Shown piece after piece: positions 46,851 to 57,599 of a stretch of 64,000 bases of DNA (position 1 is the first letter of the stretch; every line of letters begins with the position of its first letter). The notes under the pieces were generated by a model that saw only the letters and a program-made list of their open reading frames with translations, made no database searches and was not told where the DNA came from. Where the stretch lies: NCBI GenBank assembly GCA_019650635.1, contig BOXE01000001.1:1196-65195 (forward strand), given 5' to 3'. The position numbers and the translations under genes are program-made. The stretch is from Alphaproteobacteria bacterium. GTDB taxonomy: Bacteria; Pseudomonadota; Alphaproteobacteria; Methylaequorales; Methylaequoraceae.

Positions 46851-47486
46851 ATGTTATCATTATCAATTTTTAGTTCAAGTCAAAGAATTTCTGTAGCACT
46901 TTATGAAGGAAAATTACTAAAAAAGTTTTTTGAAAAAATAATTAACGGTAAACAGAATGATTCTATTTTTTTACTAATTAATAAAGTTTTAAATAAAAAA
47001 ATGAATATAAGTAATATTTTTTTTTCAGTTGGACCAGGAAGTTTCACTGCTCTTCGAGCTCTCAAAGCTATTGCTCAGGCAATTGCATTTTCACATAAAG
47101 CTAAAATAATTAATGTAACTGAATTTGAAATTTATTTGTCTTGTTTTGAAAACAACGAAAATAATATTTTAGTTTTCTATGAAAATTTCAACAATAATTT
47201 TTTTTATCAATTATTTAAACATAAAAATAAAGTATTTATCCCAGATTCTAATTTTTTTGTAGGAGATTTAGAAAAATTAAAAAAATTTATAAATGAAGAA
47301 AGTAAAAAGAACAAAGATTTTATTTTAGTTTCTAATTCAAATAAATTTTTTTCAAGTTTAAATTGGGATAACTGAAAATAAAAAAAAAGTTTTTAAACCT
47401 TGCGCTAAAAGAATTGCAAATGCTGTTTTTTCTGGTTATGGTCAAAATAACAAAATTTGATTTATCACCATACATATTATGAATAA
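46851..47486 (+). CDS. tsaB: t6A biosynthesis protein TsaB (3' frameshift)
   Basis: GPGSFTALR motif; precedes rimI. Confidence 0.8.
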
Positions 47487-47941
47487 TTTTTATATTTTAC
47501 CTTTGAATGAAAATCATTCAAAAGAGATTTTTATGTTACAAGAAAAAAATTTAAGAGATTTCGGAACAAATATTTGGAGAACAGAAGAACTTAGAAAATT
47601 CAATAAAAAATAGTGTTTTCGAGGGATATATATTTTCTTCAAATAAAAAAATAAATGGGTTTTGTTTTTTTAAAAAAATAGACGATTTTATTGAGATTTA
47701 CTCTATTTTCGTTGTTCCTGAATATAGAAATAAAGGTGTAGCAAAAAATTTTCTAGATTGTTGTTTAAAATATTGCAAAAAAAATAAATTAAAAAAAATT
47801 ATTTTAGATGTTAATGAGACAAATTTAAACGCAATAAAATTTTATAAAAAACATAATTTCATTTTTAGTGGGAGAAGAAAAAACTATTACAGAAATGAAG
47901 AATCTTTCAATGATTCTTTTACAATGCTTAGAATTATTTAA
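47479..47941 (+). CDS. rimI: RimI-like GNAT acetyltransferase (frameshifted; absent from ORF track)
   Basis: V.PEYRNKG.A, LDVNETNLNAIKFY, RKNYY read from the DNA. Confidence 0.8.
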
Positions 47942-47943
47942 TT

Positions 47944-48156
47944 TTATATTAATTCTATCTCAAAGATCTCATCATTTTTTTCAACAACTTTCAGTTCAAA
48001 ATTTTTCTTTAAACTATTGGACAAGAGTTCTAAGTCTCTTTTGCCTTTTAGGATAATAATTTTTTTATTATTAATATTAAGTTTTATAAATTCTTTTGTT
48101 TTTAAAAATGTCATAGGACATTTAAAATTAGTAACATCCAAAACTTTTTTTTTCAT
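47944..48156 (-). CDS. tusA: TusA-like sulfurtransferase
   Basis: LDVTNFKCPMTFLKTK. Confidence 0.8.
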   Translation of the reverse strand: MKKKVLDVTNFKCPMTFLKTKEFIKLNINNKKIIILKGKRDLELLSNSLKKNFELKVVEKNDEIFEIELI

Positions 48157-48258
48157 TTAACCTCTTAATATGTTATATTCACTGTGAGAATGATTAATTA
48201 CTAACAATTTATGTAAAATAAATAAAATTTAATAAAACTGCAACAATAGGTTGAAAAA

Positions 48259-48720
48259 TTGGAAACATTGTTAGATAAATGCAAAAAACTCGGTCTTAAG
48301 TTAACTGAGCAAAGGAAAATTATCGTTAAAGTTTTATCTGATTCTTCAGACCATCCAGATGTTGAGTCTGTGCACAAACGAGCGGTAAAAATTGATAAAA
48401 AAATTGGTATTGCTACGGTTTATAGGACTATTAAGCTATTTGAAGATAATAATTTGCTTGAAAAGCACGAGTTTAAGGGATATAGCTCAAGGTATGAAAC
48501 TGTAAGAGAGAACCATCATCATTTAATTGATATTAAAAGTGGAAAAGTAAAGGAATTTAGAAATACGTTAGTTGATGCTATGCAGAAGCAAGTTGCAAAA
48601 GAGATGGGTTATAAGTTAATAGATTATAGGTTAGAGTTATATGCTGTTCCTGTTTTAAAAATAAAACAAAAAAAAAAACAAAAAACCAAAAAATTTTTTT
48701 TAAAAATTGAAAAAATTTAA
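48259..48720 (+). CDS. fur: Fur family metal regulator (3' end corrupted after ~48655)
   Basis: TEQR, DHPDVE, ATVYRT, HHHLID, RLELY. Confidence 0.9.
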   Translation: METLLDKCKKLGLKLTEQRKIIVKVLSDSSDHPDVESVHKRAVKIDKKIGIATVYRTIKLFEDNNLLEKHEFKGYSSRYETVRENHHHLIDIKSGKVKEFRNTLVDAMQKQVAKEMGYKLIDYRLELYAVPVLKIKQKKKQKTKKFFLKIEKI

Positions 48721-49600
48721 AAAATTTTTTTTTAAAGTCAAGGGTTTGTAAAAAAAAATTTTTTTAAAAAATGGTCAAAACAAAAATTTGAAACCCAAAA
48801 ATTCATTAATACTTCAAAAGTATTTTCCAAAACCCCGGTTTCTAGGCATTAATTTAGGGCCAAATTTTAAATTAAAAATTATTAATGATTCCCACCATTT
48901 TAAATTTAACCCAAATTAAAAAAAATTAAAACAAAAAATTTTTTTAAAAATTTTAAAAAAAAACAATCGATTCTGATGGGAAAATGATTTAAAATTTTTG
49001 GGCCCTTTAGTTGGGCATTGAAAATCTGTGCGACGGGGTTTTGTTGTTGGAAATTATAGACTTTTACTTTTAAAAACCCAAAAAATTCTTCTTTTAAAAA
49101 AAAAGATTTTAAATTGGGTAGAATTTAAAATTTCAAACTTATTGGGGGTAACAAAATTTACCTTATTGGGGGGGAAAAATCATTGTTCAGAACATTTTAG
49201 AGATGGAAGGGAAAAATTGGTTTTTTTGGAGGGGCTTTTCAAAATAATTTTTAATAAGAGTGGGCCCAAATTTTTTGGTTTTGCCCGTTTTTCCCTCCTT
49301 TTAATTATAAATTTTTTATAAAAAAAGCTTTCTTTTTTTATCATTACCCCAAAACACCAAAAAACTTTAAAAACAACCCTTAAAAACTCAAAGGAACTTT
49401 TTTAAAATAAAGAAAAAAAATAAAATTGATATTGAGAAAAAATTTAGAAATTTTCCACCCCTTATAAAAGCTTACATTAGAGTTGGAGCATGGATAGGTC
49501 CTGGAGCTATAGTTGATTCAAAATTTGATACAACTGACGTTCTATCGTATTGAATTCAAAAAATATTGAAAAATATGCTCAACTTTCTTTTGAGAAAATT
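48680..49600 (+). CDS. olsB: Ornithine N-acyltransferase OlsB (garbled sequence; boundaries approximate)
   Basis: VVGNYRLL near 49040 and PPLIKAYIRVGAWIGPGAIVDSKFDTTDV near 49455-49545; fur-olsB-olsA-miaB order. Confidence 0.7.
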
Positions 49601-49605
49601 CATTA

Positions 49606-50424
49606 ATGTTGTATTCACCAATACTTTCATTTTTAAAACTTATTATCTTAGTTCCATGGATAATAACAATATCATTTTGTCCAATTCATTGTATTTTGCT
49701 TCCTAAGCGTTTTTTTTCGTTTTTTATAAATTTTTATTTTTTGGTATAAGAAAAATATTTGGAATAAAATTAAAGGTATCAGGGAACAAGAGACAAAAAG
49801 AGTAATGTTTATTTCAAATCACATTTCTTATTTGGATATTATTATTTTAGGTTCTTTAGTCAATGCGGTCTTCGTAGCTAAGTCAGAAATAAGAAATTGG
49901 CCGATTATCAATAAACTTTGTATGCTGGGCAAAACAATCTTTATTGAAAGAGAAAATAGAAGATCTGTAAAGAAACAAGCTGTTTTAATAAAAGAAAATA
50001 TGGAGAATGGTCTCAATGTAATTTTATTTCCTGAAGGTACCTCTAGTGACGGTTCGAAAGTGTTGAATTTTAAAAGTTCTCTTTTTGAAGTAGTTGATCA
50101 TAAAGAATTAAGTAATTATAAATTACAACCAATTTCAATTTCTTACAACAAACTTGACGGCCTTCCTTTGGTTAAAACTCATAGACCTTTTTTAGCTTGG
50201 TTTGGTGCAATGAATCTAGCACCACACGTCTGGCAGTTTCTTGGACTTGGAACCAGCGAGGTCAATATAAATTTTCACAAATCAGAAAAATTTTCTTTGT
50301 TTTTTTAAATAGAAAAGAAGCTTGCAAGTATTGTTTTGAAAGGATATCAAAACAAGTTAAAAATGACTACCAGCTATTAGAAGTTGACAATCAAATAAAA
50401 TTAAATGAATTTAAATTCTTGTAA
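49606..50424 (+). CDS. olsA: PlsC-family lyso-lipid acyltransferase, probably OlsA (frameshifted)
   Basis: SNHISYLD, FVAKSE, LFPEGTSSDG, FKSSLF, AWFG.M.L.PH. Confidence 0.75.
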
Positions 50425-50455
50425 AAGACTAAAAATTATTTAATTAATTATATAC

Positions 50456-51787
50456 ATGAATCAATCGTTCTTTATTAAAACTTATGGATGTCAGATGAAT
50501 GAATATGACTCCGAAAAACTCAATGATCTACTAGAGTACAATGGGTATAAAGCATCAAAAAATTTTGAAGAGTCTGATATTGCAATTCTTAATACTTGTC
50601 ATATTAGAAAAAAAGCGTCAGAGAAGTTGTATTCAGATTTGGGGAGGCTTTCTAAATTTAAAGAAAATAAAAAGAAGCTTGGAAAAAGAATGCAAATTAT
50701 TGTTACTGGTTGCGTAGCTCAGGCTGAAGGTGAGGAAATTCTAAAAAGAAACAAAAGCGTGGACTACATCTTTGGTCCTCAAAGTTTTCACAAGCTTCCA
50801 AAGATCCTCAAAAAATCAAATAGTGATAAAGTTTACAATGATTTTTTATGTGAGAATAAATTCTCTTCACTAATTCCGTCAAAAAGTAAAGAAGTCAGCA
50901 AACTCATTACAATTCAAGAGGGATGTGACAAATTTTGTTCATTTTGTGTAGTTCCTTACACTAGAGGAGCAGAGTTTTCGAGGTCAGTTGAAAACATATA
51001 TGCGGAGACAATGGCTTTGGTACAAAATGGTGCAAAGGAGCTAACACTTCTTGGGCAAAACGTAAGTTCATACGAGTCTAATGTAATAAAAGATGGAATA
51101 AGAAAAAAAATTAAACTTGGTGATTTATGTCAAATTTTGTCTGATATCGATGGCTTAGAAAGGATTAGATATCTTACGTCTCACCCCATTGATATTGACG
51201 ATAATCTTTTAGATCAACACAAAAACAACACAAAATTAATGCCTTTCTTACATTTACCAATTCAGTCTGGTTCTGATAGAATTTTAAAAAAAATGAATAG
51301 AAAGCACAGTAAAACTTTTTATCTGAGTTTGATTGAAAAAATAAAAAAGGTTAAAGAAAATATGGCGTTTTCCTCTGATTTTATCGTTGGTTATCCTGGG
51401 GAAACAGATAAAGACTTTCAAGAATCCCTGGAAGTAATCGAAAAGGTGAGATTTGCAAGTTCATATTCATTTAAATATTCCCCAAGACCAGGAACACCCT
51501 CTTCTTTAAAAGATAGTTCAATTGATTGTGATGTGGTTGATATGAGACTTAAAGAAATGCAAAGTATTTTAAATAAACATCAAACCGAATTTAACTTATC
51601 TTTTATAGATAAAACAGTTGATGTTCTTTTTTCTGGTAAAGGAAAAAAACCTAATCAATATGTAGGCAGAACGCCTCATTTACAGCCTGTTCACGTTCTT
51701 TCCTCTAAGAATCTAGTAGGGAAACTCTTGAGCGTGAAACTTGAAGATCTTACTTCTTACTCGTTTCACGGAAGGTTATCTGCATAG
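50456..51787 (+). CDS. miaB: tRNA methylthiotransferase
   Basis: TYGCQMNEYDS, NTCHIR, GCVAQ, CDKFCSFC, TRAM-like end. Confidence 0.97.
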   Translation: MNQSFFIKTYGCQMNEYDSEKLNDLLEYNGYKASKNFEESDIAILNTCHIRKKASEKLYSDLGRLSKFKENKKKLGKRMQIIVTGCVAQAEGEEILKRNKSVDYIFGPQSFHKLPKILKKSNSDKVYNDFLCENKFSSLIPSKSKEVSKLITIQEGCDKFCSFCVVPYTRGAEFSRSVENIYAETMALVQNGAKELTLLGQNVSSYESNVIKDGIRKKIKLGDLCQILSDIDGLERIRYLTSHPIDIDDNLLDQHKNNTKLMPFLHLPIQSGSDRILKKMNRKHSKTFYLSLIEKIKKVKENMAFSSDFIVGYPGETDKDFQESLEVIEKVRFASSYSFKYSPRPGTPSSLKDSSIDCDVVDMRLKEMQSILNKHQTEFNLSFIDKTVDVLFSGKGKKPNQYVGRTPHLQPVHVLSSKNLVGKLLSVKLEDLTSYSFHGRLSA

Positions 51788-51795
51788 AGAAACAA

Positions 51796-52812
51796 TTGAC
51801 AAAAGAATTAAATAAAAACCTAAATATTTTTTCTAAGACAATATCTTTCAGCGATAATTCTATTTTACCTATTGTATTTGGTGAACATGATAAATTCCTG
51901 AAAATCATTGAGAATAAATTGCTCGTATCAATTTTTCCTAGAGGAAATTTTCTAAAAGTGAGTGGTGAGGTAAACAAAGTAAAAATAACATGTAGTTTAC
52001 TTCAAACATTATTTGAAAATGTTAAGAAGAACCATTTTTTGGATGAAGGCGAGGTCCATGGAATGATAAATTTATTCCAGGATACTAAAATTGGATCACT
52101 AGATGGTAAGGAAAATATAGAGTCATTAAATTTTACAGCTGGAAAAAAATTAATAAAGCCAAGATCAAAAAGACAAATTGAATATTTTAATTTAGTAAGA
52201 AAGAAAGACTTAGTTTTTTGTTGCGGACCAGCTGGAACTGGTAAAACATATTTAGCTGTTGCTTTAGCAGTCTCAATGTTAAAATCTGGACAAATTGAGA
52301 AAATAATTTTATCTAGACCTGCTGTTGAGGCTGGAGAAAGACTTGGATTCCTCCCTGGGGACTTGAAAGAAAAAATTGATCCATATTTAAGACCACTTTA
52401 TGATGCTTTAAATGATATGTTATCTTTTTCAGAGGTTTTAAAAAAAATAGAAAATGGAATGATTGAGATCGCACCTTTGGCTTTTATGAGAGGTAGAACT
52501 TTGTCAAACTCTTTTATCATTCTGGATGAATCCCAAAATACAACTGCAATACAAATGAAAATGTTTTTAACAAGGCTAGGTGAAAATTCTAGAATGATTG
52601 TTAATGGTGATTTGTCTCAAGTTGATCTGCCATCAGGAACTAAATCCGGCCTACGTGAGTCAATCAATATACTAAAAGATATAAAGGATATAGGGTTTAT
52701 AGAGTTTGAAGAGAGCGATGTAGTAAGAAATCCATTAGTTTCAAAAATTGTATCTAAATATAATGAATTTGAAAAAATCCAAAGAGTTGGAGAGAAATAT
52801 AAAAAAAAGTAA
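51796..52812 (+). CDS. phoH: PhoH-like ATPase (YbeZ)
   Basis: GPAGTGKT, RPAVEAGE.LGFLPG, RGRTL, DESQN. Confidence 0.95.
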   Translation: MTKELNKNLNIFSKTISFSDNSILPIVFGEHDKFLKIIENKLLVSIFPRGNFLKVSGEVNKVKITCSLLQTLFENVKKNHFLDEGEVHGMINLFQDTKIGSLDGKENIESLNFTAGKKLIKPRSKRQIEYFNLVRKKDLVFCCGPAGTGKTYLAVALAVSMLKSGQIEKIILSRPAVEAGERLGFLPGDLKEKIDPYLRPLYDALNDMLSFSEVLKKIENGMIEIAPLAFMRGRTLSNSFIILDESQNTTAIQMKMFLTRLGENSRMIVNGDLSQVDLPSGTKSGLRESINILKDIKDIGFIEFEESDVVRNPLVSKIVSKYNEFEKIQRVGEKYKKK

Positions 52813-53278
52813 ACAAAAAATTATTGAAATTCAGTTTGATTGTGAAAGGAGTTTTAAAACAAAAAAAATTAAAAATTTTGTTAAAAAATCTGTTGATCAA
52901 ACTCTTGAAATACTTGAATATAAAAAAAGAAAGACGTATGTATCAATTTTCTTAACAAATAATGAAGAGATAAAAAAAATTAATTCAAAATATAGGAAAA
53001 TTAATAAACCTACGAACGTTTTATCGTTTCCTCAAAATGAAAAAAGAATGATCAGTAACTTAGAAAATTATTTAGTTTTAGGTGATATCGTTATCTCACT
53101 TGAAAAGATTCTTTCAGAGGCAAAAGATCAAAAAAAAAATTTTTTTGATCACCTTCTTCATATGATTGTTCACAGTACTTTGCATCTATACGGATTCGAT
53201 CATTCAAATACGAAAGAGTCAATCGAAATGGAAGCTAAAGAAAAAGATATTATGAAAAAAATACTTTACGAGTCATGA
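52748..53278 (+). CDS. ybeY: rRNA maturation endonuclease YbeY (start uncertain)
   Basis: KPTNVLSFP, LGDI, H...HSTLHLYGFDH. Confidence 0.95.
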   Translation: MYLNIMNLKKSKELERNIKKSKQKIIEIQFDCERSFKTKKIKNFVKKSVDQTLEILEYKKRKTYVSIFLTNNEEIKKINSKYRKINKPTNVLSFPQNEKRMISNLENYLVLGDIVISLEKILSEAKDQKKNFFDHLLHMIVHSTLHLYGFDHSNTKESIEMEAKEKDIMKKILYES

Positions 53279-54111
53279 TAAAGAAAATTTACGGTAGCAT
53301 CATTTCATTATTTCGATCAAATCAGAAAGAGGAGCTTAAAAACGTAATCGTGGACTTGATTGATGAAAATAAAAGTAGTACTGAAAAAATTGATGACGGA
53401 ACCAAAAATATTTTTAAAAATGTAATTAACCTTAGTGATAAATGTATAGAAGACGTAATGATTCCAAGAGCTGATATAGATGCAGTTTCTTCGGATATTA
53501 AAATTGATAAACTTATAACTTTTATTAATAAAACCAAACATTCTAGAATACCTGTTTTTCAAGATAATTTGGATAAGATAATTGGAATGATTCACATTAG
53601 GGATTTATTTGAAAAAGTTAATAACAAAAAAAAGAAAGAAAATTTAAGTCTTTCGAAAACAATTACTAGGAAGATTCTATTTTCATCTCCTTCAATGAAG
53701 ATTCTTGATCTTTTACTAAAAATGAGATCAGAGCAAATTCACATGTCTATAGTCGTTGACGAATTTGGTGGTACTAATGGACTTGTTACAATTGAGGACC
53801 TGGTTGAGGAAATAGTTGGTGAAATAAAAGATGAACATGATTTTGAAGAAATTGAAGAGATAAAGAAAATTTCTAAAAAAACATACGATGTTTCAGCACG
53901 ATTACCCGTTGAAGACTTAGAGAAAAAGATTGGTGGTTATTTTACTGATGAAGAAAAAGAAGATATTGATGCAGTAGGAGGTTTGGTTTTTAATTTATTA
54001 GGCAAGATTCCAAGCAGAGGAGAAGTTATTAACCATAAAAGTGGTTTGGAATTTACAATAAGGGACGCAGATACCAGAAAAATTAAACGAATCCTTGTAA
54101 ATGTTAAATAA
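53275..54111 (+). CDS. corC: CBS/CorC domain protein
   Basis: VMIPR, HSRIPV, VVDEFGG..GLVTIEDLVEEIVGEI.DE. Confidence 0.9.
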   Translation: MIKKIYGSIISLFRSNQKEELKNVIVDLIDENKSSTEKIDDGTKNIFKNVINLSDKCIEDVMIPRADIDAVSSDIKIDKLITFINKTKHSRIPVFQDNLDKIIGMIHIRDLFEKVNNKKKKENLSLSKTITRKILFSSPSMKILDLLLKMRSEQIHMSIVVDEFGGTNGLVTIEDLVEEIVGEIKDEHDFEEIEEIKKISKKTYDVSARLPVEDLEKKIGGYFTDEEKEDIDAVGGLVFNLLGKIPSRGEVINHKSGLEFTIRDADTRKIKRILVNVK

Positions 54112-55624
54112 ACTTCCTAACTATTTCACATTTTTCATTGGTGGTTTATTAAATGGTCTTTCTTTCTTTTCTTCAATCTTAATTCCTTTCTCGATCCTTG
54201 GACACTATTTATTAATAAAAGGATTATTTTGCAAAGATCGTAACTTCAAACCTATGCTTTCTGGTTGGTTGTTTGGGGTAGGTTTTTTTCTCACTTCCAT
54301 GCATTGGATTGTGAATCCTTTTTTAATTTATGAAGAACATAAAATCTTAGCCCCATTGGTTTTGATTATTTTTCCATCTTTAATGGGATTATTTTTCTCT
54401 ATTCCATGTGTATTAATTAAAAAATTTATAAATTTTCAAAAAATATATGATTTTTTCTTTACAAAAATTTTATTAATTTCTTTTTTTATTTTTATATCTG
54501 AATTTTTAAGATCAAATATTTTTGGTGGGCTACCGTTTAATCTTTACGGACATCTTTGGATTTTTAATGAGAATTTTATTAAAATTTCATCTTTTATTGG
54601 AGTGTTTGGTTTATCTTTTTTGACAATCTTATGGATAATTACAATAGTTCTTTGCTTAATAAATAAAGCTAGTAGTTTTATTTTTCCCTTGACATTATTT
54701 CCTTTATTTTTGATATCTTTTTCAATATTCCCACTTAAAGAAGAACAACTTGAATCTAAAACTATCTCAATAAGAGTTGTACAGCCAAATATTCCTCAAA
54801 ATAAAAAGTGGGATCGAACTTTGTTTCAAGAACATTTAGATAAACTGTTAATTTTATCAAATAAGAGTAAAAAAGAAGAGCTTTTAGTAATCTGGCCAGA
54901 GGCAGCAATAACAGGTTTTTTAAACGAGAACGAAGATCTAATTGCTTACATTAAACAAAAAATTGATGAAAATACAGTCATTATTACAGGAGGATTGAGA
55001 AGAGAATTTTATGGAAGTAATTTTAAAGTTTTCAATTCTTTTTACATCATAAATAAAAATGATATAAGTTTTTACGATAAAAAAAAATTGGTACCTTTTG
55101 GTGAATTTATACCATTGAGATCTTTGTTTAACATTCTGAAACTGACACCAGGAAAAACAGATTTTAGTAAGGGAGATAAGGATGAAGTTCTATTTTTGGA
55201 ATTAGGACAAGAAAAAATATATCTTGAACCCTCAATTTGTTATGAAGCAATATTCCAAACATTTAACAATAAAAAAATTGAACTCTTAATAAACATTACA
55301 AATGATGCTTGGTTTGGAAACTTTATTGGCCCAAAACAACATTTGACTGCATCAATTTTTCGATCAGTTGAAAAAGGTATTCCACTTATTCGCTCTGCCA
55401 ATTCTGGAATTTCTGTCGTAACTGATGAAAATGGAAAAATCCTCAAGAAAATAGGTTTAAATAAAAGTGGTTTTATCGAGCATGACTTGAATTTGAAAAA
55501 AAACGAAACTTTCTTTATGAAACATAAAAACATAGTTTTGGTATATTTAATTTTAATAATTTTATTCATCTGCATACTTACTGACTGTTTAATAAAAAAA
55601 AGAAAAGATTTGAAAATTTACTAA
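54101..55624 (+). CDS. lnt: Apolipoprotein N-acyltransferase
   Basis: QPNI, WPE, K..LVPFGE, ICYE, TNDAWFG, RSANSG. Confidence 0.95.
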   Translation: MLNKLPNYFTFFIGGLLNGLSFFSSILIPFSILGHYLLIKGLFCKDRNFKPMLSGWLFGVGFFLTSMHWIVNPFLIYEEHKILAPLVLIIFPSLMGLFFSIPCVLIKKFINFQKIYDFFFTKILLISFFIFISEFLRSNIFGGLPFNLYGHLWIFNENFIKISSFIGVFGLSFLTILWIITIVLCLINKASSFIFPLTLFPLFLISFSIFPLKEEQLESKTISIRVVQPNIPQNKKWDRTLFQEHLDKLLILSNKSKKEELLVIWPEAAITGFLNENEDLIAYIKQKIDENTVIITGGLRREFYGSNFKVFNSFYIINKNDISFYDKKKLVPFGEFIPLRSLFNILKLTPGKTDFSKGDKDEVLFLELGQEKIYLEPSICYEAIFQTFNNKKIELLINITNDAWFGNFIGPKQHLTASIFRSVEKGIPLIRSANSGISVVTDENGKILKKIGLNKSGFIEHDLNLKKNETFFMKHKNIVLVYLILIILFICILTDCLIKKRKDLKIY

Positions 55625-55646
55625 TTATGAAATAGTAGTTAGGTTT

Positions 55647-56819
55647 ATGTCAAAAAATTCAGCAAATTTTATTTTCACTAGTGAATCAGTTTCAGAAGGA
55701 CATCCTGACAAAATATGTGATCAAATCTCGATTTAGTTGTTGATCTTTATATGAAGGCAGATAAAAACTCGAGAGTAGCATGCGAGACCTTGGCTACTAC
55801 AAATAGAGTTATCTTGTCAGGAGAGGTAAAAATAAATCAAAACCACCAAGAGGTTAACAATGAAATTATAGACCAAAAAATAAGAGAAAAAATTAAAGAT
55901 ATTGGTTATGAGCAGGATGGTTTTCATTGGGAAAATATAGAGATAGAGAATTATTTACATAACCAATCTCAAGACATTTCTCAAGGAGTTGACTCTTCAG
56001 AAACTTTAGGTGCAGGCGATCAGGGAATAATGTTCGGCTATGCTTGTTCTGAAACTGATTATTTGATGCCTGCACCAATTCATTACTCCCACAAGATTCT
56101 CAGAATCTATCAAATTATAGAAAACAATGATTCTTTTTTTTGGCCCTGATTCAAAGAGCCAGGTATCTATGCAATATGAGGGCAACGAACCGAAAAATAT
56201 CACCTCAATCGTGGTTTCAACACAACATTTTGAAGATGTAAAAAATGAAGAAATAAGAAAAAAAGTAATACAAATAATTGAAGATTCCATTCCTGTTGAA
56301 ATCCTTCCTAAATCTGAAAATATTTTAATTAATCCAACCGGAAGGTTTGTAATTGGTGGTCCTGATGGTGACACTGGCTTAACAGGAAGAAAGATTATTG
56401 TTGATACTTACGGTGGGTCTGCTCCGCATGGAGGTGGAGCTTTTTCAGGAAAAGATTACACCAAGGTTGATAGATCAGCTGCATATATTGCTAGATACAT
56501 AGCTAAAAATGTAGTCGCTACAAAACTCGCTAAAAAATGTTTATTACAACTTTCTTATGCTATTGGAGTTGCAAAGCCAATTTCAATTTATTTGAAAACT
56601 GATAGTGGTTCAGATTTAAACACCAATAAAATCATTAACATCATAAAAAATCATGTTGATTTATCTCCTAACGGAATAAAAACACATCTTAAATTGGACC
56701 AACCTATTTATGAAGCTACTTCGTCATACGGTCATTTTGGAAGAGAATATATACCTAAAACAGGATCATTTTCATGGGAAAAAACTGATTTAGCTGAAAA
56801 AATTCTAAATGAATATTAA
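55647..56819 (+). CDS. metK: S-adenosylmethionine synthetase (two frameshifts)
   Basis: [39 protein letters not shown]. Confidence 0.97.
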
Positions 56820-56821
56820 TT

Positions 56822-57478
56822 ATGCTCCCTTTTTATGGCAGGAGACTCTCAAGAAAAACAAAAAGATTCAATTCATTTGACCTAGAAAATTACGAATTTT
56901 TTTTTAACGAAATAAATTTTAATGATACCAAAAAAAAATTAGTTAAAAGTTTTCAAAATGTTAATCTTGAGATTGGTTTTGGTAAAGGTGAAAATTTAAT
57001 TTTTCAGTCGCAAATAAAAAAAAAAGATATTTTTCTTGCAATTGATCCCTTTATTTCAGGTGGATTAAAATTAAAAAAAAACATTGAAATATTAAAAATT
57101 TCAAATATTTTTTTTTCAAATTTAACTTTCTCTCAATTTTTCGAAATTGTAGGTGATGTAAATTTTAAAAAAATTTTTATTTTGTTTCCTGACCCCTGGC
57201 CAAAAAAAAAACATAAAAAAAGAAGATTAATCAATGAAGAATTCGTAAAAAATCTTGACAAAATAACTCTCAAACATTCTGAAATATTAATTGCTACTGA
57301 TGATGAAGATTACTCAAATCAAATTTTAAAATCATTTTCAAAGCAAAATTTCTTCAAACTTCTCTTAAAAACTTCGGATAATCAAATTTTCAATGATTAT
57401 AAGATCTATCCAACTACATATTTTAGAAAGGCAAAAAGAGAAAATAGAAGAATTAATTTATTTATTTATCAAAAATAA
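56822..57478 (+). CDS. trmB: tRNA (guanine-N7)-methyltransferase
   Basis: LEIGFGKG, FPDPWPKKKHKKRR, ATD. Confidence 0.93.
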   Translation: MLPFYGRRLSRKTKRFNSFDLENYEFFFNEINFNDTKKKLVKSFQNVNLEIGFGKGENLIFQSQIKKKDIFLAIDPFISGGLKLKKNIEILKISNIFFSNLTFSQFFEIVGDVNFKKIFILFPDPWPKKKHKKRRLINEEFVKNLDKITLKHSEILIATDDEDYSNQILKSFSKQNFFKLLLKTSDNQIFNDYKIYPTTYFRKAKRENRRINLFIYQK

Positions 57479-57599
57479 AGATTAAAAAAAAATATTAAAT
57501 TATTTAAGTTTCCTTAAAGTCTTGGTATGAATATCTTAAACTTTTCAAATTTCAAAACAGATATATAATTTGTAAGGGAAAAAATAGAGAGGTAATAAA

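Noticed and set aside
49028-49321. 97-aa ORF as a novel protein
   Set aside because: Lies in the garbled segment and carries an OlsB fragment
51733-51770. parS-like half-sites CGTGAAAC and GTTTCACG at the end of miaB
   Set aside because: The halves are separated by 22 nt and in the wrong order for a parS palindrome; they lie in coding sequence
51796-52812. phoH as part of the Pho regulon
   Set aside because: It sits in the conserved miaB-ybeZ-ybeY-corC-lnt operon 8 nt after miaB, with no Pho box seen
55625-55646. SAM riboswitch before metK
   Set aside because: Only 22 nt of intergenic space and no recognisable SAM-II/SAM-V/SAM-SAH motif
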